Shown one piece after another: positions 38,320-51,868 of a stretch of 64,000 bases of DNA; position 1 is the first letter of the stretch; every line of letters begins with the position of its first letter. Location: positions 198,960,001 to 199,024,000 of the forward strand of contig NC_058368.1 of NCBI RefSeq assembly GCF_018350175.1, read 5' to 3'. Source of the DNA: Felis catus (lineage: Eukaryota). The position numbers were made by a program, and so were the translations under genes. Below the pieces are notes generated by a model. It did no database searches. It worked only from the letters and a program-made list of their open reading frames with translations, and had not been told where the DNA came from.

Positions 38320-38998
38320 GTGTCTTAAGGCACTTACCACAGTGCCTGGCACGTGAGAAGTAGTCAGGTATTTTTTTTTTTAAGTCCAGGAGCACCCAGG
38401 GAGGGACCACAATGCTGCCCACCACTTTGGCCGGTGCTCAGAGACCATGCAAATTAGCACAGGCCCCTAGAAACACTTACCTTGTGTTGGGGAGCCGTTT
38501 TTGCATACAATGACAATAACATAAATTAGGAAAACCAACCTGGCCAAGTTGATGCCAAGAACAAAAAACAAGACGTGAGGCATGTCCTCATGTTCACAAA
38601 TGCATTCCAACCTTAAATATATAGGAGAGAAAGGCTTATCAGGTTGTGCTATTTTTGCTTAAATAGCCAAAAAATGTTATACGAAAGTACTTCTAGGAAG
38701 GGCAGGGTTATGTGCGGCTTTGGCGTGAGATTTATTTATTTTTTTTAATTCTGCTTAAGAACAAGTTGAAAGTCTCCTGAGGGGCGGGTGTGGGGGAGTG
38801 GGGAATGGTCTTTAGAGTTAGAAGACCTTGATTCAACTCACAGCTTTCCAGTTCAGTAGTTAATAAATTTTGTTCATAAAAGTATCCCTTTTTGAACACC
38901 TAGTCTTGGCAGTCTCACTGTGCTAAGCACCTTACCTCTATTTGTGCCCTGTCTTCAAGGACAAGTGGCATTTATCTATTTTAAAAATTTGGAAACTA

Positions 38999-39233
38999 GG
39001 GGCATCTGGGTGGCTCAGTTGGTTAAGCGTCCAACTCCTGATTTCAGCTCAGGTCATGATCTCAGAGTTCATGGGATCAAGCCCCATGTTGAGCTCTGTT
39101 AGCACAGAGCCGGATTGGGACTCTCCTTTTCCCCCTCTATCTCTCCTCTGCTCATGCTCGCTCGCGCACGTGCTCTCGCTCTCTCTCTCTCTCTCTCTCT
39201 CAAAATAAATATTTCAAAAAATAATTTAAAAAA
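38999..39233 (+). mobile_element. CanSINE
   Basis: ggggcatctgggtggctcagttggttaagcg head; TSD taaaaatt(t/c)ggaaact. Confidence 0.95.
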
Positions 39234-39540
39234 TAAAAATTCGGAAACTGAATCAAAAGATATGAAATGCCTTGTTCAAGAGTACATAGTTATAAAACAG
39301 CAGGACAGTGATCTTTCTGGTTCAAGGAGCAGGGCGGTGGTGTGGGGAGTGGTGGTGTGGGGAACAGAGGTGGTAACTCAAACACCAGTTGGTATGAGAA
39401 GAACGTGGGGTGATTCAAAGGTATGGCATCCTGGGGCCTGTTGTCAGCCCTTTTTCCTCCCCTGCTCTCCTCCCTGATTGATGCCTTTCCATAGAAATAT
39501 TCTCATGGCCACAGATTTTTCATCTGGAAATCTTAGATTG

Positions 39541-39743
39541 TTTTTTCTTTTTTTTTTCAATGTTTGTTTATTTTTGAGAGACAGAGTGTGAGTGGGGGAG
39601 GGGCAGAGGGAGATGGAGACCCAGGCTCTCCAGGCTCCGAGCTGTCAGCACAGAGCCTGGCGCGGGGCTCGAACCCACAAACCGTGAGATCATGACCTGA
39701 GCCAAAGTTGGACGCCCAACCAACTGAACCACCCAGGTGCCCC
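39541..39743 (-). mobile_element. CanSINE
   Basis: Ends aaccacccaggtgcccc; TSD tcttag(a/t)ttgtt. Confidence 0.95.
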
Positions 39744-42622
39744 GTCTTAGTTTGTTTATTAAAATAGCACACACATCTATACTTCTCAGACCTTTTATTC
39801 TTTGCCATCCTCTCTTTTTTCCCCTGACCGCTACTTTCTTCTCTCTCATATTATCATTTATACAAGCCCCAGCTGCTTCTTTGTCCTTTTCTTCTAAGAA
39901 AGATAAATATGTTCATGCTGTTTTTGCACTCCGCTGGAATGGGTCCCTTGGGCAGGAGTGTACTTCTTTTTCACAAGAGGTGGCTGGGTTTGCATTTGTA
40001 GCCTGAGCTGTGAACACTCAGAGGCTCTGCAAACCATTCTACATTCATTTCAATGGCTTCCCTAATTCCTTCCAAGCTGAAGCGTTGTGACAGGGAGGGC
40101 TTTTGCTATTTAGTACCCAGTACATTGTATAACACCTTTGCACACACATCATAGACTTATGATTTAGTCCTTGGAGTTGTTAAAGAAAACTGCCTGACTG
40201 CTGATCTTTGCAATATGGTTCCTGTTTTCATAGAGATTGGTGGTGATCGATTACAAAAGCCCCGACAGGAAGGTGTTTTGAGGGGCATATTATGCCCTCT
40301 ACAGTTACCCAGTGAATGTTCACTCACACCTGTTGACTCTAAGATAAACCCACTGAAATGTTCCTTCCCAAACGAGGACAAAACAAAGGAAAGAAAGAAA
40401 CAGCCAAATAGAGATCCACAAGTTCTCAAGTCAACTGCATACGTACTTGGCACTAATTTAACTATGCAGTTAGCTTAGAGATCTGTGTTGACCTTTTTAA
40501 AGTTTAATAGACTTTCAAAAGAAATACAGCAAAATTTTTGTAACTCACCAAGTCACACCTCTCACCCTTGAATGTATGAGTTCAATCCGTTCTTCGAATG
40601 AAAACTATATTTTAAAATCTCATCTGCCTTGTATACTTAACATTCTTTCAGATACTCATTCTCTGATTTCATTTGCTGAACATTTGTCAGGGGCTGCTGT
40701 TGCTTGCTGTTACTTTAGAACCAGATTTCAAGAGCTTCATATTTATTAAAGCACAGTCCCCCTGTGTGCATGTTAAGAAGGCTTCCTATCCTCTTTGATA
40801 AGTATTGAAATTCTGCTGAGTTTGAGAAACCTCTCTTCTACATGCCCCCCACCAAATCGAAATCACTCTCATTATCACATTTATGTAAATATTTTTGATA
40901 CTGCCCAATTGCCAGATACCTTTAAAATGTCTGCTTTTTTCCAACTCTGTCTGTATTTTCCTTCTCTCGGCAAATTCTCTGCATTATTCCCTAATTCATT
41001 AGTGGTAATACACTTGGGTGTCTAGTTTTCTTGGCTGTGGTACAGATTGAAGCCTCAGCTATCTCATGGCCATATGTTCTTCCTGCGTGTGCCATGTGAT
41101 CTCTACGAATGGGAAACTCAGAGCCTCTTCTCAGTCTCAGTTTAAGATTGATAGCTTAGAATGGGCAATATGTGTCAGCACGAGGCTGTCTCATGTCTGT
41201 TTACCAGAAGTGTTTTCAGGAATTTAGCCTCAGTTTTGATTGCCAGTTCACTCCTGGCAGACTCATAAAATAAGAAGCAAAAGGGCCCCCTGCGTTCCTC
41301 TGGTGAAGGAGTTTGATAACGCAGGGATTAGAGCAATGTTAAGTCCTTCTAGAGGCAATGCAGAAAAGATATCCAGCAACTTCTCTTAATATCAGAAAAG
41401 GTTCACTGTAGCTGCTCTTCTCAAGTCAAAAACGAAAAAAGCACTGTTTCCTGGATCAATAAGGATTTAAGAATATAAACTAGTAGCATTTTTTTAAAGG
41501 AGATCTGTTTCCTTATGAGTAGTCTCTGGGATGGGAGGAGGGACAGGATTGCCTTCTTCATTTGTATGCTCTCTGAAGGCAAAGACTAGATTTTTGGGTT
41601 TGGCTAGTGCCTACAGGGTATGTGTAGACTCCTAATAAACACCGAGGATTCTGTTGACGGCAAGTTCTTGATTTGAGCTTCCATTTCTGAAGAATGAAGC
41701 CCTTGTCTAAAAGGTGTCTGTATCTTATCTCTGCCATCCAGGCTTGGGCCTTTGGAGTAATTCTGTATCAAATCAACTATGTTCAAATTCCTAAGAGGAT
41801 TGTTTGATGATTCAATCTGTTGGTATGTTCTACTAATCTTCATATGTGAAGTGATACCAGAGACACATTTAATGACTTACAGCTCTCAAATAAGTTGCTA
41901 CAGTTGGATCTAAAAGGCTTTTCTCAGACAAGTCCAGATATCCGCTTTCCCTTATCTGCTAGCTTTCAGGGGCCTTCTAGAGAACAAATGGCTGGTCCTT
42001 TTCCAAAGGGACAGGTTTTCTTATCAGATGCTTTTGTTCCCCAGAAAGAAAAGAAAATGAAACTTGTCTTCTCCCAGATGTCAAATCCAGAGCAAACTGA
42101 AGCTTTATGGTATCTTGTGTAGTCGTCTCCTTCCTATAAATATGAATAGGCAATTACTGAATAACAGAAGCTTGGGTTAGAGCTACACCATCCTCTTTGA
42201 TGTGCAGAGCAAAATGAAATGGTAGGAAGTCAGATGTTGGGCTGTGTGAGTTTCCTAAATGACCTGTTGGGACTTAATTTGCTTCCGTGTAATGCCTTGT
42301 GACTCCTTGTGATGTTAACAGCCTTTGGAGGAAATTACGTTGGGTCTTTACCAATCATGTAGCTTTTTCCTGGCTTCACATGACATTCCCTGTACCTCTG
42401 TGTTTTTATCAGAACATTCTAAGTTAGCCATGTAGTTGCTGGGCAGGCTTAGTACAAATACCTTAGAAGACCTATCACCCTCTTCTGTCATAGTAAAACC
42501 TTTCTGAAAAAATACTTTGTGTTCTGGAACCTAACTTTCTGTTTTTCTTTCTGTGTTGCATTTTGACTCATCACCTGGATATAGACCAGTTGAGTTTAAG
42601 GTATTCTCTCAATTAAATTTTC

Positions 42623-42627
<5 letters not shown>

Positions 42628-42669
<42 letters not shown>
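42628..42669. repeat. (TG)n microsatellite
   Basis: About 21 tg units. Confidence 0.97.
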
Positions 42670-42671
<2 letters not shown>

Positions 42672-44364
42672 AATGAGTAAGTGTTAGCATTTCTCCTTTG
42701 GAATAGGAGAAGCCAAATTGGGAAGCAATAGGTGAACCACAGAGTCACCTGGCAAGTCAAAAGCCAACATGAGAATAAAGTAGTTAATCTGTTACTCAGT
42801 GCAGTAGAAACAAAATGTATGCCGCCATGGTTGAAACTATTGTTTTTGGATCATCACTAAAAAAATAAATAAATAAAATAAAAAATAAAAAATAACTGAG
42901 TGAATGTGACAGGGATGCATATTTAAAATTCCTTCCTTTCACTTTCTCAAATTTAGCAACCAAAATAAATGAGTACTATGGCAGCTGAAATAGAGGTCTC
43001 CTATTGATCAGGTCATAAAAGTAGGAGCTATCAAAAATACTCTCAAGCATATTCTCCGCAAAATAAAATACATGTAGACATTGTTTAATGCTAGGCATGA
43101 GGACTATAGTTTTAAGGTCCTTTGTGTGATTTTCTCATAATTAATACATACGATAAACTCTCAAATGGGTTAGCAACTGTTAAGGTAAGTAAACTTCACA
43201 CCTCCTCTCTGTGCCCACTGCCATTTTTACACATGTGAGCACACCTCATAATGACTGTCTTTCTCACTCAGTAGCCCACGTAATAGTAACCCCCTACCAA
43301 ATGAATGAATAAAAGCTACAGGTAATCCTGGCCATCGTATTTTAAGAAGTATCAGTGGTCGTCCTCTGGCAGTTCAGCTTGGTCTGAACTTTCCTGCTCC
43401 AGCGTCTCTGCCCAGAAGGCAGGGTGAGGAAAGAGAACTCCCTGGGCATTTGCCCCGCATCAGACCCTGCTCCACACGTGGGATTCACAAAGATGAGTGA
43501 TAGGGGCTGCTTTCGCAAAGTGCTCTGAGCCATGTCTTCTTCCTGGAAGATTTGTACTCTAGCAGGGGAGATGTAGATCTTTAACAGATACTGAATCGAT
43601 GAATGAATGAATGTATATCCAAGGGAGCAGTCACTTCTTGGGGGAGGAGATATCAAGAAAAACAAAGAAGAGAGGTAACGGAGAAGGGGAGGGAGGTTCC
43701 AGAATGGATGAGTTGAATAAGTAGCAGCCCCAAGGTGTGAAAATTAATACCTGGTGTATTTGGAGAGGCAGCAAGCACTTTGAGGCATAGGTTTAAGTAG
43801 TGTTGGGATTCACGCTGTATAGTTAGAGGCATTTTTGTTTTTGTTTTTGTTTTTACCTGATCTAGACTGAGTCCTGGGAGGGCAAGGACCTTATTCAACC
43901 TACTTTGCAGCCCATACAAGCTTTGCTTAGTGAAGGAGATGAAGAATGTTGGTAGAGTTAAATTTAATGAACTAATATGGAACTATAGTGTATGTGTGTG
44001 TTCTCATTTCTCTCCCATTTCCTTTTTCTACCCACTCTCTGGTGTATATGAATAATGAACTGATTAAAACACTCAGCAGAAGGGAAGAGAAGGAGATAAG
44101 GAGAAAGAAGAAAAGTTTATGTTTAGTCTAAACCTCTGGGGTTATGATTTCATCAGGGGAGGGGTTGTTTATAAACATATATATAAATAATCGCACTTCA
44201 AGACCGTGTGAATACTTGCAGCGATACAGGATAAATACCATTGGAATGATAAAACCGAGGGACTACAGAATCTCAGAGGAGAATCTCGAAAAGGAAGGCA
44301 TTTGAATTGGGTATTAAGTGCAAGTAAAAGCAGAATCTTAGAGGTGGTGGTACTGATCGTGGAA

Positions 44365-44590
44365 TAGTGCCAGGCACTATTCTGAATGCTTTATACAGCC
44401 TTGTGCAGTTCAGCCTCACAATGAACTCTATGAGGTAGGTATTACTCTTATTATAATTATTATTACACTCATTTCCCAACTGAGGAAACTTGGGCCTAGA
44501 ATAGTTAAGAAATCTACCCAAAGTCGAACACCTAGTGCGTGGTAAAGCAGAGATTTAAACATAGGCAGGTCTGGCTCCAGTCCAATGAAC
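44365..44590 (-). mobile_element. MIR SINE (near full length)
   Basis: gtgccaggcactattctgaatgcttta...cctcacaatgaactctatgaggtaggtatta...tgaggaaact...cccaaagtc...ggcaggtctggctccag. Confidence 0.9.
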
Positions 44591-44782
44591 TATTATCCCA
44601 AACTACCACCCACATGGAGACAGAGTGGAGGGCCTCGTAGCAGTAAGTAATGCCTTGAGCAAAGAGCTTATCTATGGCAAGGGCAAGATGGATGTAAGGA
44701 GTGACTAAACCCAGTTTGGCTAGATAGTTAGGGACCCAGGAAATCTGTACATATTAAAGAATGGCTGTTTATGCAGATTTTT

Positions 44783-44986
44783 TTTAACGTTTATTTATTT
44801 TTGAGACAGGGAGAGACAGCATGAACGGGGGAGGGTCAGAAAGAGAGGGAGACACAGAATCTGAAACAGGCTCCAGGCTCTGAGCTGTCGGCACAGAGCC
44901 CGACGCGGGGCTCGAACTCATGGACCGTGAGATCATGACCTGAGCCGAAGTTGGACACTTAACCGACTGAGCCATCCAGGCGCCCC
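44783..44986 (-). mobile_element. Young feline CanSINE
   Basis: CpG-rich antisense copy ending gagccatccaggcgcccc; perfect TSD tgtttatgcagatttt. Confidence 0.97.
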
Positions 44987-45199
44987 TGTTTATGCAGATT
45001 TTTAAGGCCCTTCAGTAGGTGCTGCCAACCAACTCTTAGCCCAGCCCTGTTAGAAGTGCCTGAAGTTACATTCTGTTGGGTTTCCTTTCCTTTTATGGTT
45101 GCTGGTCTTCCATGCAGCCCCACTTGTTATCGGTGCTTAGCGTGCACTTTGCTAACGGCAAGACCACCACCTTCACGTCCTGCCCCCGGTGCCTGGACA

Positions 45200-45355
45200 C
45201 ACTCCTTCACCTCTCCAAACCTCAGGGTCCTGGCTTTAAAAAAAAAAAGGGGGGGGGATACCAATAGTACCTCCCTCGGTGGGTTGACAGAAGGGTTAAG
45301 GAGTTAATATATTTGTTTAAAAATTTAAAAGAGTGCCTGACACGTAGTAAGATAT
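45200..45355 (+). mobile_element. MIR 3' half
   Basis: ttcacctctccaaacctcag...aatagtacctccctc...agagtgcctgacacgtagtaag. Confidence 0.75.
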
Positions 45356-48300
45356 ACAGAGACGTAGGGCTCCTAGGATTGCGGAAAGGACTTACTAGAA
45401 AGGAAGGTGGAAAAAGAGGAATAAAGGCGGATTTTATTTATCTCACAGAGTTTGGCCAGAGCTCTGTAGCTAAAGATAAATTTGCTGATTTTAGATTCCC
45501 CCCCCCCCCACCTCCCCCTGGAAGATAATTTTGGAGGGCGTTGTTAGGTTTGGTCACATGGCATTTAAAATGCCACATGACATCTGATATTTGGCCTAGA
45601 AGATAATAAAGGCTGGACAGTGCAGTTACAATCCCATCTCTCAGAAAGACCATGGTGGGGGGCCGGGGGAATCTATGTAAGCACTACTACCAGCACCTGA
45701 AACAAGAAAAAAAATCTGAAAAATCGTATTTTACGCATCATGTATTGTATACAGTAAAACGAACAATCCCTTGGATTTCTCCATGAGGGATTTGATCTAC
45801 TGAAGAATTTCTTCTCCCTGGTACATACAATCCATTCTTAAAATGAATTCACTTCTGCTGAGGTTTCTTATACTGAGACAATCCTGAAACATCGGAGTCC
45901 CTCCTCCACGAGAATAGTGTTGACAAGCTCTTTTAAGAACCCCTAAAATAGTTGAGAATGAGTTAAGACCTAGTGACTTTCAATGAAGCTTGGTGTGTCC
46001 TGTTAAGGAATAATGCCAGGCAAAGAGATGGAATGTTATCATTCACTCCAGATGGAGATGTTTCCTTATTTTCATCTGTCTGTGTAGTCACACTGTTTCT
46101 GTCTGCAAAGAACTAAAAGCGGCTCCCGTAAAAATAATAAAAAATTGAAGTAGATCAAGACAAAGTAGTAGAGACGATAATAACACCAACCCTGTGGGTA
46201 AAATCACTGCTGCAAGTTTGGTTTCATATTTACCACTGAGTTTCTGAAAAATAAAAAGGTGGAGGAATCGTGATCTGCGATCTGTGTCTCATTATTGGAG
46301 AAGAGGCTGTGTCTTCCACAGGGAAGATAAAAAAGCTCTCCAGCACAGTTCTGGAAGATGTTTTCTACAGGAGACCCCGAACGATTTAATGAGAAACCCA
46401 TGACAACAGGTCTGTAGTAAATGTAGTTCTCAATTTTGTGTGGCTTTTTCTTGTGGTGATATTAAATAAAGACCCGAGTATTAAAATGCAGTGGCGTGAA
46501 GTGATTTTATAGCCTTCCGCAGGCTGTAGTTGAACTTCATTCAAGGATAGCACCACACATCCTGTAGAGGGAGGGGGATGACCTGGCCTGTTAAGCGATC
46601 TTCTCTCTGAAGGGGGTCTGACGAAGGGCAGACAGTAGCGGGTTTCATTTCTTGCCCTAGACCTGAAGTACTGGTGCTTCTGACTAGAAGATCCACATAT
46701 GAACTTGACAACCTGGTGAGAGGGTGTCAGGTTTTCACTTGTGAAAGTGAAGAGTCCTGAGTGATGTTCTTGCCTGCCTGATAGGTCTTGCCTGATGTTC
46801 TTGCCTGCCTCAGGCCACCACTTTCCTGAAGTGGGCACACTCTTATAATTTAAGTGGATACCACGGTATGAGGATAATTTTTATCGTCAGTAATTTTTTT
46901 TTCACATTCATACAATGCATGTTTATTGAGCCTCTCCTGTGAGCCAGGGTACCTTCTTTCCTGTGTATCTGCACACAGGTGTATTTATATCTTCTATCTA
47001 AAAGATGCCCTTTCTGCTCTTGGCTTTGTTCATATGTGTGTTTTTTATTTTATTAGTGTTTTAAAATATAAAACCTAGAGGCACTTAGTGTTTCAAGTCC
47101 AATAATTCAGAGACATATGAAGGAAATTTACTAATCTTTACTACCCTCTCCCTGCCCCCCTCCCCATGTTACCATTCATTGTTACCGGTTTCACGTGGCT
47201 CCCTCCATACTTTGCTCTGTTCTCAAATGACTCTTTTAACTGTTCAGATAGTGTATCTGAACCTTAAATGTATAGTACTGGTGATTTTTTTAAAAATGGA
47301 GATGTATTTATTTTACTGACAAGTAGGAGAAATTTTCCCTTAATTACAATCAATTTTCTATAGTGTTCTTGTTTAATTGTTTTGTCTTGAGGGTAGGGAG
47401 CCAAGACAAGGTTACCTCTCTCAAATAACTTAGAAACTAAAGCCTGCATCTTGAATGGAGTCTTTCTTCTTCTGAACAGGACCAAACTTGATGGAATGTG
47501 ATAAGCTTGTACTGTTCTGATGATGTCAGCCTTCCCTCTGATGTCAACTTTTGCATATATGTGCAATACAAGTATAGATATGTTCATCAATTTTGAGACT
47601 GGCTTCAGTATCACAGTATCAGATCCAAATACATTCTGTACACCCTTCTCAAAATTTAATGCTTGCCCTTTCCTCGAGCTTCTGTTAGACAGAGAAGTAA
47701 TCTGTTTTATAATGTTACTTGTTGTGCATTTAAAGAGCATACAGAGTCCTAGGAACAGCACCATCCTGAAGTTGCAAAAGATTTAGAAAATCTGAATATA
47801 TAGTTATCACTGTCATGCCTCAGACAACACTTGAGGATACTAAGTGTGAAGACGGAAGACTGTTGAAAAAAACAGAACTACTTTTGGAAAAGCTTAAATA
47901 GCAGTGGTAGTTGAAACATTTCTAGATGGCCAAGACTTGCAAACGATCTATGAAATACTACATGCAGAGAGCCTTCACCATGCTTGAGTTGTTGGGCTTT
48001 GCCAGCCCTAACCCAAGAAAACCGGATACACACACACGCTTTCCCAGAATATGACTCTTACACCCGAAGACCAGGAATTATAAAGGTGTGTGTTGTGTGT
48101 CAGTAAATGAACATTGTTGCAAGGAGTGTTTAAGAAAGCAAGCTTTGGTGTTCTCATTTCACACGTGGGGAAGTGGAGAGAAGGTGGGAGGTATGGGAAC
48201 ATGGCTGGGGGAAGTTCCAAGGCAGAGTGGCCATCTAGTAGAAGAGTGACAAGCAACTGCCCAGCTAGGAGACTGCTTCCTTCCAGCCTCCGTGAAGCAG

Positions 48301-51300
48301 CGTTAAGGGTGGCCATCCTTCCCTGGAAACATCGAGCAACCCGAAAGAAGCAGCGGCGGCTTCATCACATCCAGTTCGTTAATCCCCTCTCTGTCAATCA
48401 TTGGCATACGATCTGAATAGACTATAAATTCACGTTTCTGGAGCCACATGGTCAAAATAGCACTTTATATTCAGTGTGAAATTCTTAAAATGAAACCCAG
48501 CTGGCAGATGGGAAGGATTCTGGGGGATGGGGGGAATGGGGAGGGGAATATTGGGTGTGCAAGGGGTGCATGATTTTCCAGCGAGCTTTTTTTATGCTTT
48601 GTGCAGATACAGGAGTATTTTTAGACATGTATGATACAGCACGAATGAATTTCTTAGACCTGAACTGTAAGAATCTCATTTATAGTATTTCATAAGAATC
48701 TAAAAACCATTAAGATAGTTACGCGAGCCCTTTCAAATTCTTGCCCCTAAGTGTAGAATGATTTGCTCATTTAGGGAACTCTCTCCAGTTCTTCCATGAG
48801 TGCTAGTTAATACATTACATCTTCCAGTGCTTTAAATAAGTCCTTGGCTTAATAACCTAATTTAAGAGAGAGAGAGAGAGACAGCTAGTTCAGCTCACTT
48901 TCCGTCTCTTGTTCAGAACTTCTGCCCATTGTGTTGTTCATGTTTGTTCCTTGTCCTTCTCTTTCCTCAGGTTGTATGGGAAGTAGCCTATGTCTTTGTG
49001 ACTCACAGAACCAGACAAACTCCACTCCAGAACACAATGCTTTTGGTTACTGATCCAAGCCCCAAAACTCTTAAGTCATTCCAGACATCTCCACAGTTTA
49101 TCACATCAGCTTGCCCCTTCTGACAGCACCAAAGAGCAGTTCGACCTGTGACCAGGTTATTACATACTTGGTGTCTGTGACTTCATGTAAGAAGTCAGCA
49201 TTCAAATATTTCAGCAGCTGTAAGAGATTTCAACTTGCCCGAATGTTTTTTACGAAAACCGTGTGCTGCATTTAACTTGCTAAGAAATGTGCAGGTTATG
49301 TGTGTTGTATGTCTGGATGCGAAGCTGGATTCAAATAGACAAGAATTTCTTTCTTTTGTCCTTATTTCTCTAGAGCCGCATCTTCTTTCTGTGTGAAAGA
49401 TTAGATGTCATGAACATGCACCTAAAATTTACAAACCCTGTTCAAGGGCTTTGAAGTCTAGATCCTGTTAGGTGGTTAAACGTGATGAAGATAAGGTATC
49501 AGGTACTTCATTTACTAAAAACAAAGTTGCGATACACAGAGGTAAATGCCGTTTACACCCATCATTTTATTTTGTTATTGACATCTAACTTATAGTTAAA
49601 AATAGCCCAACAGTCATTTGTCAGATCTTGGGAATTATATGATTTTTATTTTTAAATACTATGATAGAATCAGCATCTTACTCATGCATATGTGGCAAAG
49701 GTGTAAGGAAACAGAGAATAACTTCAGGGTAAAATAGGACGGTTCTGCTGAGCAATTACGTTTCCCTAGAGTGATGGAAAGGCAGGAAATAGGAATCCAG
49801 GGCAGTGGCTAACAAGTACTTTATAATTGACTCTAGAAAATGGGAATAAGTTCTATTTAGAAAATATTTTGCAAATACATTCAAACTAATGTTTATTTTG
49901 TTAAAGGATCTGGTTTTAATGACACAATATCTATCCAGTTTTAACCCTACTGTTATGTTCATAGATGTGAATAGTATCTATCTGTATGTGAGACTGCAGG
50001 GGTGTGGCTATCAATATGGATTTGAGTGTTTTATTTATTTATATGCTACTTTCCTTCATGAAAGGATTTGAGGTGATAGACACTGGTATTGATTCTGACA
50101 GTGGACATGATTTTATGTAACACTCTAAACTTCCAACCAAAGTGGGTGTTAATGACTTCCTCCTGAAAAGGCTTTTGATTCAGACAGAATAAAAAGTGTG
50201 ATTTGAAACTGTTAAAAGCCCCCTTATCTGACCTGATCTGAACTGGTAGTTGAACAGTTAATGAAGAAAAAGTTGGTTAGTGTCTTGTCACTAAAAAATA
50301 AAATAAAATAAACGTATATCCTAAATAATTTAACTTAAAGCATACAAATCGTACTAATCTTTTGCTTTTGGGCTAAGGCCTTTTCTCTGAGCATGTGGCC
50401 ACTAACCAGGGTTCTGTATCATATTTATTGCACAGAATATAGCCATTACCTATGATTTGCAGTTCCTGTTTCTTTAAAATAGAACCATAAGATAAAACCA
50501 GAAGTTCCAAGACACGAGGGAGGTAACGTGCACCTTCACCTGCCTTTCTAGTTCTCTAAATCTAATTCGACAGCACTTTGTTTTTAGTGACTTCCCTTTA
50601 TTGAGTTCTTTGAACACATTCCGTTGAGTTTCTCATAGAAAAAGAAACCGTCTTTTCAATTTCCTATTTTACTCATTGATGCCATATTTAATGAAATGAC
50701 AATCATTGGTAATAGTGGCAAGTATGATTGCCTCAATGGGAAGCGTGGAACAACCTGGGAGCAGAAGTGAGCGGATGTGCCACAGAAGCGGTACCCCAGT
50801 TATGAACGTCAGGTGAGCGCGGCCAGCTCAATCCTCGGCTTGCACCCACAGGGTGTGGGCATTCACTGCGCAGGCAACCAACGTCTGTCATTATCTGGAA
50901 CCCAGGCAATGAAGAGTCAGTTAATCCTAGGTGATTAAGTGGAGGTTAATTGAAAGAGCTTTTATTGTAACTGCATGAGATTTTGTTTTGACACAGCTAA
51001 AGATTTGTCCTTACCTGCAACTACTTGATACTTAACTTATATCATGCCCTCAGTGCATTTTTTGAATCGGCTGTGTGGCAAACATTATTATTGCCATGGT
51101 GCCTTCCAATTTTGCATAGCACTTGTTCCACCTGACTTGCCTTAGTCACTGACATACCTATTTGATATCTGTCGGTCTCCTCCAAGTAAGCGCCATGAGG
51201 CCCTGAGACATGATCACTTTGTATCCTGAGGGCCTGAAACCATGAATGAAATCTAGTAACAGTAGAAAGACGGAAAGGTGACGTGTTTTTTGGTTTTGGG

Positions 51301-51600
51301 TTTTTTTTCTCGTTTTTCTTTTTTTTTTTTTTTTTTTTTTTTTGGTGCATTTGTTTCAGCCCGATAAAATGTTTTCAGTTTTGCCCACCGAGATTGATTG
51401 ATTTCTACTTTGAGCAAGAAAGAAAGACTTAGAGTTATAGGTGCTCCCCAATGTAGCTCCTGATCTCCTTTGACCCTCCAATTCCTAAATCTCCTCCTAA
51501 TTCCAGGGAGGAGGCCTGATGGTTCTTGCTGATAAATCACAGATTGAATCATTAACAGGGCTTTTGTTCTTTGATTTTGCCTTAAAAGATCAATTCAGAA

Positions 51601-51868
51601 CAGAGTTTGTCAACCTCAGCATTACTGACATTTCGGGCTAGTCAGTGGTTTGTGGGGGCAGTGGGGGGAGGGGGCAGCGATGGGGGGGGTGGTAGCTGTC
51701 CTGCGTATTGTCGGATGATTAGCGGCATCCCTGACCATTACCCACAAGATGCCTGCAGTAACCACCCCGCTTCCCCGCCCCCCATTGTGACAACCAGAAA
51801 TATCTGCACACATTGCCAAATGTCCCCTAAGGGAGTATGGTCACCTTTTGCCTCCACTGAGAACCAGT
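51601..51868. mobile_element. MER20 hAT-Charlie MITE
   Basis: tcaacctcagcattactgacatttcgggc...tagcggcatccctg...ttgtgacaaccagaaatatct..acacattgccaaatgtcccct...tgagaaccag. Confidence 0.9.

Noticed and set aside
46386..46838. 150-aa minus-strand ORF
   Set aside because: Non-ATG start, no recognisable homology, no supporting exon signals.
47264..47764. Longest ORF in the track (166 aa, minus strand)
   Set aside because: No recognisable domain or splice context; this length is plausible by chance across six frames of 64 kb.
50858..50875. ggcattcactgcg resembles the reverse complement of part of miR-124
   Set aside because: The match is partial, excludes the seed, and there is no precursor hairpin.
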